NCBI GenBank assembly: GCA_049696815.1
Contig: JBAVUO010000074.1
Location: 13,369-77,368, forward strand
Direction: 5' to 3'
Source of the DNA: Terriglobales bacterium
Lineage (GTDB): Bacteria; Acidobacteriota; Terriglobia; Terriglobales; Acidobacteriaceae
Length of the DNA stretch: 64,000 nucleotides
The notes under the pieces are model-generated. The model had not been told where the DNA came from. It did not search any database and saw nothing but the letters and a program-made list of their open reading frames with translations. Made by a program: the position numbers and the translations under genes. Shown piece after piece: positions 1 through 9,381 of this stretch (position 1 is its first letter; each line of letters opens with the position of its first letter).

Positions 1-770
1 ATGTCGCGGCCCTTCTGAATCAGGTCTTCGATGGTGTCGCGGTGATAAATGCGAACCACGTCCTGCTCGATGATGGGGCCGTCGTCCAGAACCTGGGTAA
101 CGTAGTGCGCGGTGGCGCCGATCAGCTTGACGCCGCGCTGAAACGCCTGATGGTAGGGCCGCGATCCGATGAAGGCGGGAAGAAACGAGTGGTGAATGTT
201 GATGAGGCTCTGCGCGCCCAAGGTGGCAATGAACTCGTCCGAGAGCACCTGCATGTAGCGCGCCAGGACGACCAGATTGCACTGGTGCTCGCGGAGAAGA
301 GCGGTCTGCTGCCACTCGGCCTCCCTTTTGTTTTCTTTTGTGACCGGCACGACAAAGTAGGGGACGCGGTAGAAGTCGGCAATGCGCTGGTTGTCAGGAT
401 GGTTGGAGATGACGAGCGGGATCTCGCACTTGAGCTCGCCGCTCTGGTGGCGGTAGAGCAAGTCCACCAGGCAGTGGTCGTACTTGGAAACGAAGATGGC
501 CATGCGCGGGCGGTCGGTGGAGCGGGCCAGGCGCCAGTCCATCTGGAAGTCGCGGGCGAGGGGAGCAAAGTGCTGGGGGAAATCGGAAAGATCGAAATCA
601 AAATCGGCCGCGTCGAACTCAACCCGCGTGAGGAAGAGATTGGATGCCTCGTCTCCGTGCTCGTCATTGAACAGAATGTTGCCGTTGTGGCGGAAAATGA
701 AATCGGCGACCGAGGCGACGACGCCCTTGCGGTCGGGGCAGGAGACCAGGAGGATGGCGGAGTTGCGCAT
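1..770 (-). CDS. purU: formyltetrahydrofolate deformylase (C-terminal end runs off the window)
   Basis: Absent from the ORF track because it has no stop inside the window. Reverse-strand translation from ATG at 768-770 gives MRNSAILLVSCPDRKGVVASVADFIFRHNGNILFNDEHGDE (ACT domain). Further on it reads INIHHSFLPAFIGSRPYHQAFQRGVKLIGATAHYVTQVLDDGPIIEQDVVRIYHRDTIEDLIQKGRD, the PurU formyltransferase core. The listed + ORF 42..776 is its antisense shadow. Confidence 0.9.
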   Translation of the reverse strand, partial: MRNSAILLVSCPDRKGVVASVADFIFRHNGNILFNDEHGDEASNLFLTRVEFDAADFDFDLSDFPQHFAPLARDFQMDWRLARSTDRPRMAIFVSKYDHCLVDLLYRHQSGELKCEIPLVISNHPDNQRIADFYRVPYFVVPVTKENKREAEWQQTALLREHQCNLVVLARYMQVLSDEFIATLGAQSLINIHHSFLPAFIGSRPYHQAFQRGVKLIGATAHYVTQVLDDGPIIEQDVVRIYHRDTIEDLIQKGRD

Positions 771-783
771 AGGTGACTGGTCT

Positions 784-860
784 TCCCTGTGTTCCCCTGT
801 GACCTCTGTGGTTAGGACTGAAGATCTTTACCACAGAGGACACAGAGGAACACAGAGGGA
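784..860. repeat. family-A palindromic intergenic repeat (CACAGAGG-type hairpin)
   Basis: Arms are ..CCCTGTGTTCCCCTGTGACCTCTGTGGT.. and ..ACCACAGAGGACACAGAGGAACACAGAGGG.. around a loop of about 18 nt. Related copies lie at 4246-4319 and 39925-39995, and a core half-site lies inside metH at about 50738. Confidence 0.7.
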
Positions 861-879
861 AAATCGGTAGCGCCGCCAA

Positions 880-2490
880 CTATCTCTTCAGCGCCTTCAC
901 GATCTCGCGCGCGGCGTTGGCGCCCGATCCGCCGGTCAACCCCGTCCCCGGATGCGTGCCATTCCCGCACAAATATAGCCGCTCAATCGGCGTCTTGTAC
1001 CGCGCCCAGTCGAGCAGCGGCCGCATAGTAAAGAACTGATCAAGCGCGAGTTCGCCGTGGAAGATGTGGCCACCCGTGAGTCCGTAAGTCTCTTCCAGAT
1101 CCTTGGGCGTGATGATCTGGTGGCTCAGGATTCGCTCGGGCAGGTTGGGAGCGTATTGCGCGATGGTCTTGACCACGGTCTCGCCGAGCGCGGTCCGCTG
1201 GCTCTCCCAGTCGCTGTTTCTCAGCTTGTAGGGCGCGTACTGCATGTAAATGGACATCACATGCCGGCCCGCGGGCGCGAGCGACGGATCGGAGAGCGAA
1301 GGGAACGCGATCTCGAGGTAGGGCTGGCGCGAGAAGTTGCCGTACTTCGACTCATCGAAAGCGCGCTCCAGATAGTCAATCTCGGGGCTGATCTGGATGC
1401 GGCCCTGGAGCAGGTTGCCGTTGCCCTTCGCCGTGAGCGCCGGGAAGTCTGGAAGAGCCGAGAGCGCCAGATTGATCTTCGCCACCGTTCCCATCGAGCG
1501 ATAGTTCTTGATTCTCCTGAGAAAGTCCGGAGCCAGGTGCGCAGGGTCGACCAAGCCCATCAGAGTACGCTTGGGGTCGGCGTTCGAGACAACGGCTTTG
1601 GCGGAGATTTCTTCGCCCGAAGTGAGAACAATTCCGGTGGCGACGCCGTCACTCACGCGAATCTCGGCCACGCCGGCGCCGGTGCGGATTTCCACACCTG
1701 CCTGTTGGGCAGGCGCGGCCATGGCCTGGGTGATCGAACCCGCGCCTCCGGCGGGGAATTGGACGCTCCCGGCCGGGTTGGGAGCAGCGGCGGCGCGCAA
1801 CAGCAGAACCAGCGCACTACCCGCGGACCAGGGGCCAAGGAATGTTCCGAAGATTCCGCGTGTGGCGACGGTGGCACGCAGGGGCTCAGACTCAAAGAAC
1901 TCTGCGACCAGATCGGCGACGGCCATGGGCGCCCAGCGCAGCACCCGGTACATATCTTTCTTGCCGAGGTTGCGGAGCGAGCGACCGGTCTTCAGCATTC
2001 CCCAGAGATCGCCGCTCGAGGGATCGTCAATATCGGGTGGCGTAAGCGCGAGCGCGTCTCCCATCACCTTGCCGATTTTGCCGAGGGCATTGCCGAATTC
2101 CGCGTAGGCGGCGGCGTCCTTCTGAGACCAGTGCGCGATTTCCTGCGCGGCTCGTTGAGGGTCGGAATAGAGAACCAGCGCGCGGCCATCCGGCAGCAGG
2201 GAAACCGTGCTCACGTCTGGCGTGGTGAGCTTGAGTCCGTGGCGCTCCAGGTGCATGTCGCGTGCGACGTCGGCGCGGAGCGGTCCCGTGTTGTGCGCGA
2301 GCGTGGAGCAACGGAAGCCGGGATGAAATTCCTCGGTGACCGCCGAGCCGCCGACTTGGGCGCGGCGTTCGAGCACCAGCGGCTTGAATCCAGCCTTGGC
2401 GAGATAGAAGGCGGCGACCAGGCCGTTGTGCCCGCCGCCGACGATGACGACATCGCGCGTTTCGGCCATTGGTCTACGCCCCCTTCCCAT
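880..2490 (-). CDS. NAD(P)/FAD-dependent oxidoreductase, phytoene-desaturase (CrtI)-related family
   Basis: 536-aa ORF with an N-terminal Rossmann motif DVVIVGGGHNGLVAAFYLAKAGFKPLVLERRAQVGGSAVTEE and a C-terminal LCGNGTHPGTGLTG typical of COG1233-type flavoproteins. The likely true start is M8 (2469), just after the stop of the upstream paralog. Confidence 0.85.
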   Translation of the reverse strand: MGRGRRPMAETRDVVIVGGGHNGLVAAFYLAKAGFKPLVLERRAQVGGSAVTEEFHPGFRCSTLAHNTGPLRADVARDMHLERHGLKLTTPDVSTVSLLPDGRALVLYSDPQRAAQEIAHWSQKDAAAYAEFGNALGKIGKVMGDALALTPPDIDDPSSGDLWGMLKTGRSLRNLGKKDMYRVLRWAPMAVADLVAEFFESEPLRATVATRGIFGTFLGPWSAGSALVLLLRAAAAPNPAGSVQFPAGGAGSITQAMAAPAQQAGVEIRTGAGVAEIRVSDGVATGIVLTSGEEISAKAVVSNADPKRTLMGLVDPAHLAPDFLRRIKNYRSMGTVAKINLALSALPDFPALTAKGNGNLLQGRIQISPEIDYLERAFDESKYGNFSRQPYLEIAFPSLSDPSLAPAGRHVMSIYMQYAPYKLRNSDWESQRTALGETVVKTIAQYAPNLPERILSHQIITPKDLEETYGLTGGHIFHGELALDQFFTMRPLLDWARYKTPIERLYLCGNGTHPGTGLTGGSGANAAREIVKALKR

Positions 2491-4108
2491 CTTTCAGAAT
2501 TTCGAGCGCGGCCAAGCGCCCGTTGGCGGCCATGATCCCGCCGCCCGGGTGGGTGGCCGACCCGCACATGTAGAGGTTCTTGATCGGAGTACGGAACTGC
2601 GCCCAGTCGGGGACCGGGCGCAGGAAGAAGAGTTGTTCGAGCGAGAGTTCGCCCTGGAAGATGTTGCCCTCGCTCAGCCCGAATTCGCGCTCCAGATCGA
2701 GTGGGGTCACGACCTGGCGGTGCAGGATGATGTCCTTGATATTGGGGGCGTACTCGGCAATGGTGTTGACCACGGTGTCGCCGAATTTCTCTTTCTCCGT
2801 TTCCCAGTCAAGCCCAGGCGCCAGCTTGTAGGGCGCGTATTGCACGAAGCAGGAGAGAATGTGCTTGCCCGGCGGCGCGAGCGAAGTATCGGTCAGGGTC
2901 GGGATCACCATGTCGATGTAGGGGCGGGTGGACCAGTGGCCGTACTTGGCCTCGTCGTAAGCCTTCTCCATGTAGTCAACGGCCGGAGAAATGGACATGG
3001 CGCCACGCTGGTGCGCGCCGATCCCCGGCAGACATTTGAATTCCGGCAGCGCATCGAGCGCCATGTTCACCTTTCCCGATGAGCCGCGGAACTTGTAGCG
3101 CTGCACTTGCTCCGTGAAATCATCGGGAAGGTTGCCGGGTTCGATCATCTTCACGAACGTAAGCCGCGGATCGACGCTGGAAGAAATGACGTCGGCCAAG
3201 ATCTCGTCGCCGCTGGTCAGCGCCACGCCGTATGCGCGTCCGTTCCTGACCAGGATCCTGGCGATCGGGGCCTCGGTGCGGATTTCGGCTCCGGCTTCGC
3301 GCGCCGCGTCGGCGATCGCGTTCGAAATGGCGCCGGTGCCACCGCGGGCGAATCCCCAGGCGCGGAAAGCGCCGTCAATCTCGCCCATGTAGTGGTGGAG
3401 CAAAACGTAGGCGGTTCCCGGCGAGCGCACGCCGAGGAAGGTGCCGATGATGCCCGAAGCCGACATGGTTGCCTTGAGCACGTCGGTCTCGAACCACTGG
3501 TCGAGGAAGCCGGCGGCACTCATGGTCATGAGCTGGACCTGGTTGTATTTGTCTTCGCTCGACATACCCTGGAAGCGGCGTCCGATGAAGAGCAGCTTCA
3601 TCAGTTCGCGCGGATTCAGGGTTGCCGGATCGGGAGGGACCATGCTCAGGATGGGCTTCACGAAGCGGCACAGGGCCTGCATCGCCTTGCCGAATTCGTC
3701 GTAAGCCTCAGCGTCAACGCGGGAATGGCGGGCGATCTCGCGGCGCGTCTTGCCGTGGTCGTTCACCCGCCAGAGATAGTCGCCGTTGGGCATGGGCGTG
3801 AACGTGCCGTCGAGCGGCAGGATCTCCAGTCCGTGGCGGGGAAGGTCGAGGTCGCGAATGATCTCCGGCCGCAAAAGCGAGACGACGTAGGAGCACACCG
3901 AAAACTTGAAGCCAGGAAAGATTTCCTCGGTGACTGCGGAACCGCCGAGCACGTAACGGCGCTCGAGCACCAACACTTTCTTTCCCGCTTTGGCGAGGTA
4001 GGCGGCATTGGTCAGGCCGTTGTGGCCTCCGCCAATGACGATGACGTCGTACTTCTTGCCGTTCGCAGCCGCAGGCATAGTTCGGTCCAGACGAAGAAAG
4101 ACTGTCAC
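2474..4108 (-). CDS. NAD(P)/FAD-dependent oxidoreductase, CrtI-related (tandem paralog of 880..2490)
   Basis: 544-aa ORF with YDVIVIGGGHNGLTNAAYLAKAGKKVLVLERRYVLGGSAVTEE and C-terminal MCGSATHPGGGIMA. It is colinear with the downstream gene over the full length. The start is possibly M11 (4078). Confidence 0.85.
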   Translation of the reverse strand: MTVFLRLDRTMPAAANGKKYDVIVIGGGHNGLTNAAYLAKAGKKVLVLERRYVLGGSAVTEEIFPGFKFSVCSYVVSLLRPEIIRDLDLPRHGLEILPLDGTFTPMPNGDYLWRVNDHGKTRREIARHSRVDAEAYDEFGKAMQALCRFVKPILSMVPPDPATLNPRELMKLLFIGRRFQGMSSEDKYNQVQLMTMSAAGFLDQWFETDVLKATMSASGIIGTFLGVRSPGTAYVLLHHYMGEIDGAFRAWGFARGGTGAISNAIADAAREAGAEIRTEAPIARILVRNGRAYGVALTSGDEILADVISSSVDPRLTFVKMIEPGNLPDDFTEQVQRYKFRGSSGKVNMALDALPEFKCLPGIGAHQRGAMSISPAVDYMEKAYDEAKYGHWSTRPYIDMVIPTLTDTSLAPPGKHILSCFVQYAPYKLAPGLDWETEKEKFGDTVVNTIAEYAPNIKDIILHRQVVTPLDLEREFGLSEGNIFQGELSLEQLFFLRPVPDWAQFRTPIKNLYMCGSATHPGGGIMAANGRLAALEILKDGKGA

Positions 4109-4245
4109 GAAAAATGACTGGCCATTCTATCGGGAAACTGTCTGTTTGTCTCTGTACTTACATCCTTACGATGACTGGCGGTCAGATCAATTCCCAGCTT
4201 GCTGTAGGGCGATACGCCGCATATAATCCGGCGTTCGGATTCTTT

Positions 4246-4319
4246 CCTCTGCGAACCTCTGTGTCCTCTGTGGTAGAGAAAGACCTTTAGCCACGGAGGA
4301 CACAGAGGTTCACAGAGGA
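4246..4319. repeat. family-A palindromic intergenic repeat
   Basis: CCTCTGCGAACCTCTGTGTCCTCTGTGGT ... loop ... GCCACGGAGGACACAGAGGTTCACAGAGG, lying between divergent genes. Confidence 0.7.
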
Positions 4320-4342
4320 AGCCAAAACCGCGCGAGGTCGCC

Positions 4343-5539
4343 GTGCCTGTCGGAACCGCATTTCACGAGAGAACGTTCGCGCTCTGCCACAGCCTGAATT
4401 ACCGCGAGTGGTCGGGATACTACACGGTCAGCGTGTACGAGGTGCACCACGAGCACGAGTACAACGCGATTCGAAACGCCTGCGCGCTGATCGATGTCTC
4501 GCCGCTCTACAAGTACCTGGTCACGGGCAAGGACGCAACCAAGCTGGTGAACCGCGTGATCACGCGCGACATCAACAAAGTCGCCGTCGGACAGGTGATT
4601 TATGCGAACTGGTGCGATGAAGACGGCAAGGTCATCGACGACGGCACCATCACGCGCCTGGACGAGAACAAATATCGTTGGACGGCAGCCGATCCCAGCC
4701 TGCGCTGGTTCCGCCAAAACGGCCTGAACATGGACGTGCAGGTTGATGACATCTCGGAGCAGACAGCGGCGCTGGCGCTGCAGGGGCCGGCCTCGGCGAG
4801 GCTCCTGAAGACCGTGTTGGACACAGATATTTCCAACCTGAAGTATTTCCGCAAGACGAGCGGCAAGATTGCCGGTGTACCCGTGGATATTTCACGCACC
4901 GGATACACGGGCGACCTCGGCTATGAGATCTGGATTCCGTGGAGCGACGCCGTCAAAGTGTGGGACGAGTTGATGGCCAAGGGCAAACAGTTCGACATCC
5001 ACGCCGCGGGAATGCTGGCGCTCGACGTGGCGCGCGTCGAGGCAGGGCTGCTGTTGATTGAAGTGGATTACATCAGCTCGAAGAAAGCGCTGATCCCGTC
5101 ACAGAAATATTCGCCGTATGAGCTGGGCTTCGGGAAGATGGTGCACCTGGAAAAAGAAAACTTCATCGGGAAGCGGGCGCTGGCACGCGACCACAAGAAC
5201 GGCGTGGCCCGGCAGTTGGTGGGACTCGAAGTGGATTGGGTGGAAGTCGAAGAGCAGCACGACAAGTTCGGATTGTCCCCAGCCGCGCCCAGCCAGGCTT
5301 CACGCGTGGCCGTGCCGGTTTATTCCGGAGATCGGCAGGTCGGCAAAGCGACGACGACCGCGTTCTCTCCGCTGCTGAAGAAGTTGATCGCGCTGGCCAG
5401 CGTGAGTACCGAGTATTCGAAGCCTGGCACCAAGCTGCAGATGGAGTTGACCATCGAAGCGCAGCGGATGAAGACGACGGCGACGGTGGTGACGTTACCG
5501 TTCTTTAATCCGAAACGGAAGACGGCAGTGCCGGTGTAA
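4343..5539 (+). CDS. aminomethyltransferase-family (GcvT-like, folate-binding) protein
   Basis: 398-aa ORF. The blocks EYNAIRNACALIDVSPLYKYLVTGKDA, ALALQGPASARLL and SRTGYTGDLGYEIW are the GcvT/DMGDH C-terminal-type folate-binding fold. The start is GTG. Confidence 0.85.
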   Translation: MPVGTAFHERTFALCHSLNYREWSGYYTVSVYEVHHEHEYNAIRNACALIDVSPLYKYLVTGKDATKLVNRVITRDINKVAVGQVIYANWCDEDGKVIDDGTITRLDENKYRWTAADPSLRWFRQNGLNMDVQVDDISEQTAALALQGPASARLLKTVLDTDISNLKYFRKTSGKIAGVPVDISRTGYTGDLGYEIWIPWSDAVKVWDELMAKGKQFDIHAAGMLALDVARVEAGLLLIEVDYISSKKALIPSQKYSPYELGFGKMVHLEKENFIGKRALARDHKNGVARQLVGLEVDWVEVEEQHDKFGLSPAAPSQASRVAVPVYSGDRQVGKATTTAFSPLLKKLIALASVSTEYSKPGTKLQMELTIEAQRMKTTATVVTLPFFNPKRKTAVPV

Positions 5540-5632
5540 GTACTTAGAACTGTTGGATCTCCTCCATCTAATTAGCCTTGGATAATGTCGCGGCACGCTG
5601 ACTGAGAAGATGAGGACAAAGTTTGCCTTGCG

Positions 5633-8092
5633 TTGACAAGCCATTGGGTCGGGCCTACGATTTGTTCGAGGGTGAGCGGGAAGGAGACCTTCCCTTTGGC
5701 GCCGCGGGCGCAAGGCCAAGATACTCTCAACGGGCGCGAACTAGGCCATTACCGCATCGTCGAGAAGATCGGCGCCGGCGGCATGGGGGAAGTTTATCGG
5801 GCCCGCGATCAACATCTGGATCGGGATGTTGCCATCAAGGTTCTTCCACCCGGCACCCTGATTGACGAGCATGCCCGCAAGCGCTTCCGCAACGAAGCTT
5901 TTTCTCTCTCGAAACTGAACCATCCGAACATCGCTACCATCCATGACTTTGACACGCAGCAGGGCGTGGACTTCCTGGTGATGGAGTATATCCCCGGAAT
6001 CACGCTCAGCGAGAATTTAGCTGCCAAACCGCTGCCGGAGAAGGAAGTGCTCCGTCTGGGCGTGCAACTCGCGGAAGGCCTGGCCGCAGCCCATGACCAC
6101 GGGGTCGTTCATCGTGACCTTAAGCCCGGCAACTTGCGGGTTACGAGCGATGGACGGCTGAAGATTCTGGATTTCGGGCTGGCCAAGCTGTGGCGCCCGG
6201 TCATGGACAGTGCCGCGACAGAGAGTCTTAGCGAGACGCAAGCCATGGCCGGGACTCTGCCCTACATGGCGCCGGAGCAGTTGCTGGGCGCAGAGATCGA
6301 CGCTCGCACCGACATTCATGCCGCCGGGTTGGTGCTGTACGAGATGGCCACGGGGCAACGCCCGTTTGCCGAGGTGGAACGCTCGCAACTGATCGGTGCG
6401 ATTCTGCAGCGTTCCCCAGTGCTGCCCACTGTGCTGAATCCCGGGCTATCACCAGAACTGGAGAGGATCATCGGGAAGTGCCTGGAGAAAGGCCCGGAGA
6501 ACCGCTACCAATCCGCCAAAGAACTGGCCGTGGATTTGCGACGGCTGCTAACACCGAGCACAGTCACGCGCCCAACCCTTCGGCGGAAGTTCGGTGCGGG
6601 CAAGACCATCGCCCTTGCCGCGGCGTGCTCGATCGGGGTGTTGCTCACGTTAATTCTGGGGCTCAACCCCGGCGGCATGCGAGACAAGCTGTTCGGCGGA
6701 ACGGCTCATGCGCCCATCCGTTCCCTGGCGGTTTTGCCCTTGGCGAATCTTTCTGGCGATCCTGAACAAGAATACTTCGCCGACGGCATGACCGAAGCAC
6801 TGATTACGGATCTCTCCAAGATCCGAGCCCTGAAGGTGATCTCGCGAACCTCGGTCATGCAGTTCAAAGAGGTCAAGAAGCCGCTGCCCGAGATCGCGCA
6901 AGCGTTAGGAGTGGACGGCATCCTGGAGGGCTCGGTGCAGCGCTCCGGCGGACGAGTCCGAATCACGGCGCAGCTCATCCGCGCCGCGACCGACACTCAT
7001 CTCTGGGCCGAAAGTTACGAACGCGACGCTCGCGATGTGCTGACCTTGCAGGCCGAAGTGGCGCAGGCAATTGCCCGCGAGATAAGAGTTGCCGTTTCGC
7101 CGGAGGAAACAAGGACTCTGGGCGGCGCCAGCCCGGTCAACCCCGACGCCTACGAGGCTTATCTGAAGGGGCAATCGCATTGGTACCATCTCTCGCGCGA
7201 GCACCTCGACGCGGCTCTTGGGTACTTTGAACTGGCGCTCCAGAAGGACCCCAACTATGCGCGCGCGTATGTCGGAGTCGCCAACGTCTGGATGTCGCGC
7301 GGGGATGCTGGATTCATGCAGCCCAGCGAAACGATGCCGAAGGCGAAGGCCGCCATTGCAGAAGCCTTGGCGCTCGACGACACGCTTTCGGAAGCGCACA
7401 TCGCCCTCGCCAATATCGTGGGACCCTATGACCACGATTGGTCCGCCGCCGAGCGTGAATTCCGCCGCGGCATCGCACTCAACCCGAACAGCGCCGATGG
7501 GCATTTCATGTACGCGGATTTTCTGATCTCGATGAGACGTACGCAGGAGTGGAACGCCGAAGTTCAGCGGGCGTTGGAGTTGGACCCCTTCAACCCCTTT
7601 TTCCCGTGCTTCTATGGTTGGCAATTGGTGTATGTGCGCCGGTATGACGAGGCCATCTCGCAATTCCACAAGGTTCTGGCAACGGAACCCGACTTTTCGT
7701 CGGCGCACATGGGCCTTTGGGGTGCCCTCTACAAAACGGGAAGGCACAAGGAAGCTTTGGCGGAAGCCAAGAAGTTCTTCGCGGTACTCGGCGACCATGA
7801 AGTCGAGGACGCCCTGACGCGCGGCTATGCGGCTGGTGGATACGCCAAAGCGATGCATCTTGCGGCGGAGGTGCTGGCAGCACGGTCCACGCGGACCCAT
7901 GTTCCCGGTGTGCGCGTTGCGCGATTGTACGCCCATGCTGGAGAGAAAGATCAAGTCATGAAATGGCTCGAGAAAGCCTACCAGCAGGGTGAAATCCCTT
8001 TAGTTCATCTCAGCGTGGCCTGGGATTGGGATAACGTGAGGGACGACCCGCGCTTCCAAGATTTGCTGCGCCGCATGAACTTCCCGCAATAG
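5633..8092 (+). CDS. Hanks-type Ser/Thr protein kinase with TM segment, TolB-N-like domain and C-terminal TPR repeats
   Basis: Contains GAGGMGEVYRARD (P-loop), HRDLKPGNL, DFGLAK and GTLPYMAPE. These are followed by a TM helix (IALAAACSIGVLLTLILGL), SLAVLPLANLSGDPEQEYFADGMTEALITDL, and TPR-like repeats. The start codon (TTG at 5633) is uncertain. Confidence 0.9.
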   Translation: MTSHWVGPTICSRVSGKETFPLAPRAQGQDTLNGRELGHYRIVEKIGAGGMGEVYRARDQHLDRDVAIKVLPPGTLIDEHARKRFRNEAFSLSKLNHPNIATIHDFDTQQGVDFLVMEYIPGITLSENLAAKPLPEKEVLRLGVQLAEGLAAAHDHGVVHRDLKPGNLRVTSDGRLKILDFGLAKLWRPVMDSAATESLSETQAMAGTLPYMAPEQLLGAEIDARTDIHAAGLVLYEMATGQRPFAEVERSQLIGAILQRSPVLPTVLNPGLSPELERIIGKCLEKGPENRYQSAKELAVDLRRLLTPSTVTRPTLRRKFGAGKTIALAAACSIGVLLTLILGLNPGGMRDKLFGGTAHAPIRSLAVLPLANLSGDPEQEYFADGMTEALITDLSKIRALKVISRTSVMQFKEVKKPLPEIAQALGVDGILEGSVQRSGGRVRITAQLIRAATDTHLWAESYERDARDVLTLQAEVAQAIAREIRVAVSPEETRTLGGASPVNPDAYEAYLKGQSHWYHLSREHLDAALGYFELALQKDPNYARAYVGVANVWMSRGDAGFMQPSETMPKAKAAIAEALALDDTLSEAHIALANIVGPYDHDWSAAEREFRRGIALNPNSADGHFMYADFLISMRRTQEWNAEVQRALELDPFNPFFPCFYGWQLVYVRRYDEAISQFHKVLATEPDFSSAHMGLWGALYKTGRHKEALAEAKKFFAVLGDHEVEDALTRGYAAGGYAKAMHLAAEVLAARSTRTHVPGVRVARLYAHAGEKDQVMKWLEKAYQQGEIPLVHLSVAWDWDNVRDDPRFQDLLRRMNFPQ

Positions 8093-8157
8093 GCTCGTCG
8101 CCCTCTCTTCCTCATTGAAAGGCCTTATCCCACTCCGCGGTGCCCATTGAAAATCCG

Positions 8158-9381
8158 TTACGGTGTGAGCTGAAATACGATGCCTTGGCCTCCGGTGCCG
8201 CCGACGGGGGTTGTGCCGTAGAGATTGCCTGCCTGGTCGAGCGTCAATCCGTAGTTGGGGCTGGAGCCGTCCCGGCCCTTGCCGAAGAAGTGGACGATTC
8301 GCTCCTTCCAATTGCCGTGGGAGAGAGTCAGTCTGAACACCGTGCCACAGTCGCAGGACGGGCGGCCCCCGGTCGAAGTGGTGCCATAGAGACTTCCTGC
8401 CGCGTTGAAGACGAGGGTGGTCGTGGGGAAGCTTCCGTCGGTGCCGCCCTGGAAACTATAAAGCACGTTTTCCTGCCACGTGCCGTTCGGGCCTGGAATC
8501 AGCTGGAAGACAGCGCCCATCCCACTTGTGCCGCCAAAATAAGTTGTGCCGTAGAGATTGCCCGCCGCGTCAAGAATCAATCCACCGTAGGGATTCGCGG
8601 CATCCGGCGTGCCTTTGAAGTCGTAAAGCGCAGTCGTCTTCCATCCGCCGCTCGGCGTCGGAGACAGCTTGTACACGGCGCCGGCTCCATGGGTTCCGCC
8701 GATTTCGGTGACGCCATAGAGATTTCCGGCCGCGTCGAAGAGCAGTAAACCGAGTGAGCCGACGGCCCCATCTTTGCCGCCGGTAAAGGCGTGGATCACT
8801 CTATACCGCCAGCCCTGCGCAGTCGGAGAGAGTTCGAAAACCACGCCGGCTGAATGCTTACCGCCGTCCGGGGCTGTGCCGAAGAGATTGCCGGCGCTGT
8901 CGAAGACCAGCCCGCCACCGGGGCCGAAGCCGTCGTTGAGGCCCTGGAAACTGTAGAGCGTGGTTTCGGTCCAGCCACCGCCCGACGGCGACAATTTAAA
9001 AACAACACCACAACCGTCGCCAGCGCAGAACCCGCCGAATCCGCCCGCGACCGTGGTGCCGTAGAGATTCCCGGCGCTATCGAGCGTGACGCCGCCGTGG
9101 GGATCCAAGCCGTCGCCACCGCCGGTGAAGCTATAGAGCACGGTCTCCTCGCCCGAGGGCGTGAGCATGAAAACTGTGCCAAAGTCGAAATCGCCCCCCG
9201 CCGCGGTCGTACCGTAAGCATTTCCCGCACTGTCAAGAGTCAATGGAGTCGCGGGGTCGCCGCCGTCCGTGCCTCCGGTGAAGTTGTAAAGCTTTTTATA
9301 GGTCGCTGCCCAGGAGGAGTTTGCGAGAATGGCGGCGAGGGCAAAAGCCGCACCAGCCCTGCTGATGAATTTGTTCTTCAT
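8158..9381 (-). CDS. secreted GloVer tandem-repeat (choice-of-anchor type) beta-propeller-like protein
   Basis: Signal peptide MKNKFISRAGAAFALAAILANSSWA. It is followed by about 7 repeats of LYSFxGGxDGxxPxxGLxxDxAGNLYGTTxxGGxxGxGxVFxLxP. Confidence 0.8.
   Translation of the reverse strand: MKNKFISRAGAAFALAAILANSSWAATYKKLYNFTGGTDGGDPATPLTLDSAGNAYGTTAAGGDFDFGTVFMLTPSGEETVLYSFTGGGDGLDPHGGVTLDSAGNLYGTTVAGGFGGFCAGDGCGVVFKLSPSGGGWTETTLYSFQGLNDGFGPGGGLVFDSAGNLFGTAPDGGKHSAGVVFELSPTAQGWRYRVIHAFTGGKDGAVGSLGLLLFDAAGNLYGVTEIGGTHGAGAVYKLSPTPSGGWKTTALYDFKGTPDAANPYGGLILDAAGNLYGTTYFGGTSGMGAVFQLIPGPNGTWQENVLYSFQGGTDGSFPTTTLVFNAAGSLYGTTSTGGRPSCDCGTVFRLTLSHGNWKERIVHFFGKGRDGSSPNYGLTLDQAGNLYGTTPVGGTGGQGIVFQLTP

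Noticed and set aside
42-776. 244-aa + strand ORF (with 122..667 - and 484..870 +).
   Set aside because: It is antisense to, or out of frame with, the clearly recognisable purU on the minus strand. Its composition is Arg/Ala/Gly/Val-rich, typical of high-GC shadow ORFs.
1057-4117. Long + strand ORFs 1057..2535 (492 aa), 2426..3082 and 3107..4117 (336 aa).
   Set aside because: They are antisense shadows of the two CrtI-like oxidoreductase genes. They have no recognisable motifs and are extremely rich in R/G/A/D.
4109-4342. A glycine riboswitch upstream of the GcvT-like gene, and a cobalamin or SAM riboswitch upstream of metH at 47576-47772.
   Set aside because: I could not find the conserved riboswitch cores. 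Both regions are occupied by family-A and family-B palindromic repeats instead. This was a by-eye search only, so a covariance-model scan would be needed to exclude them formally.
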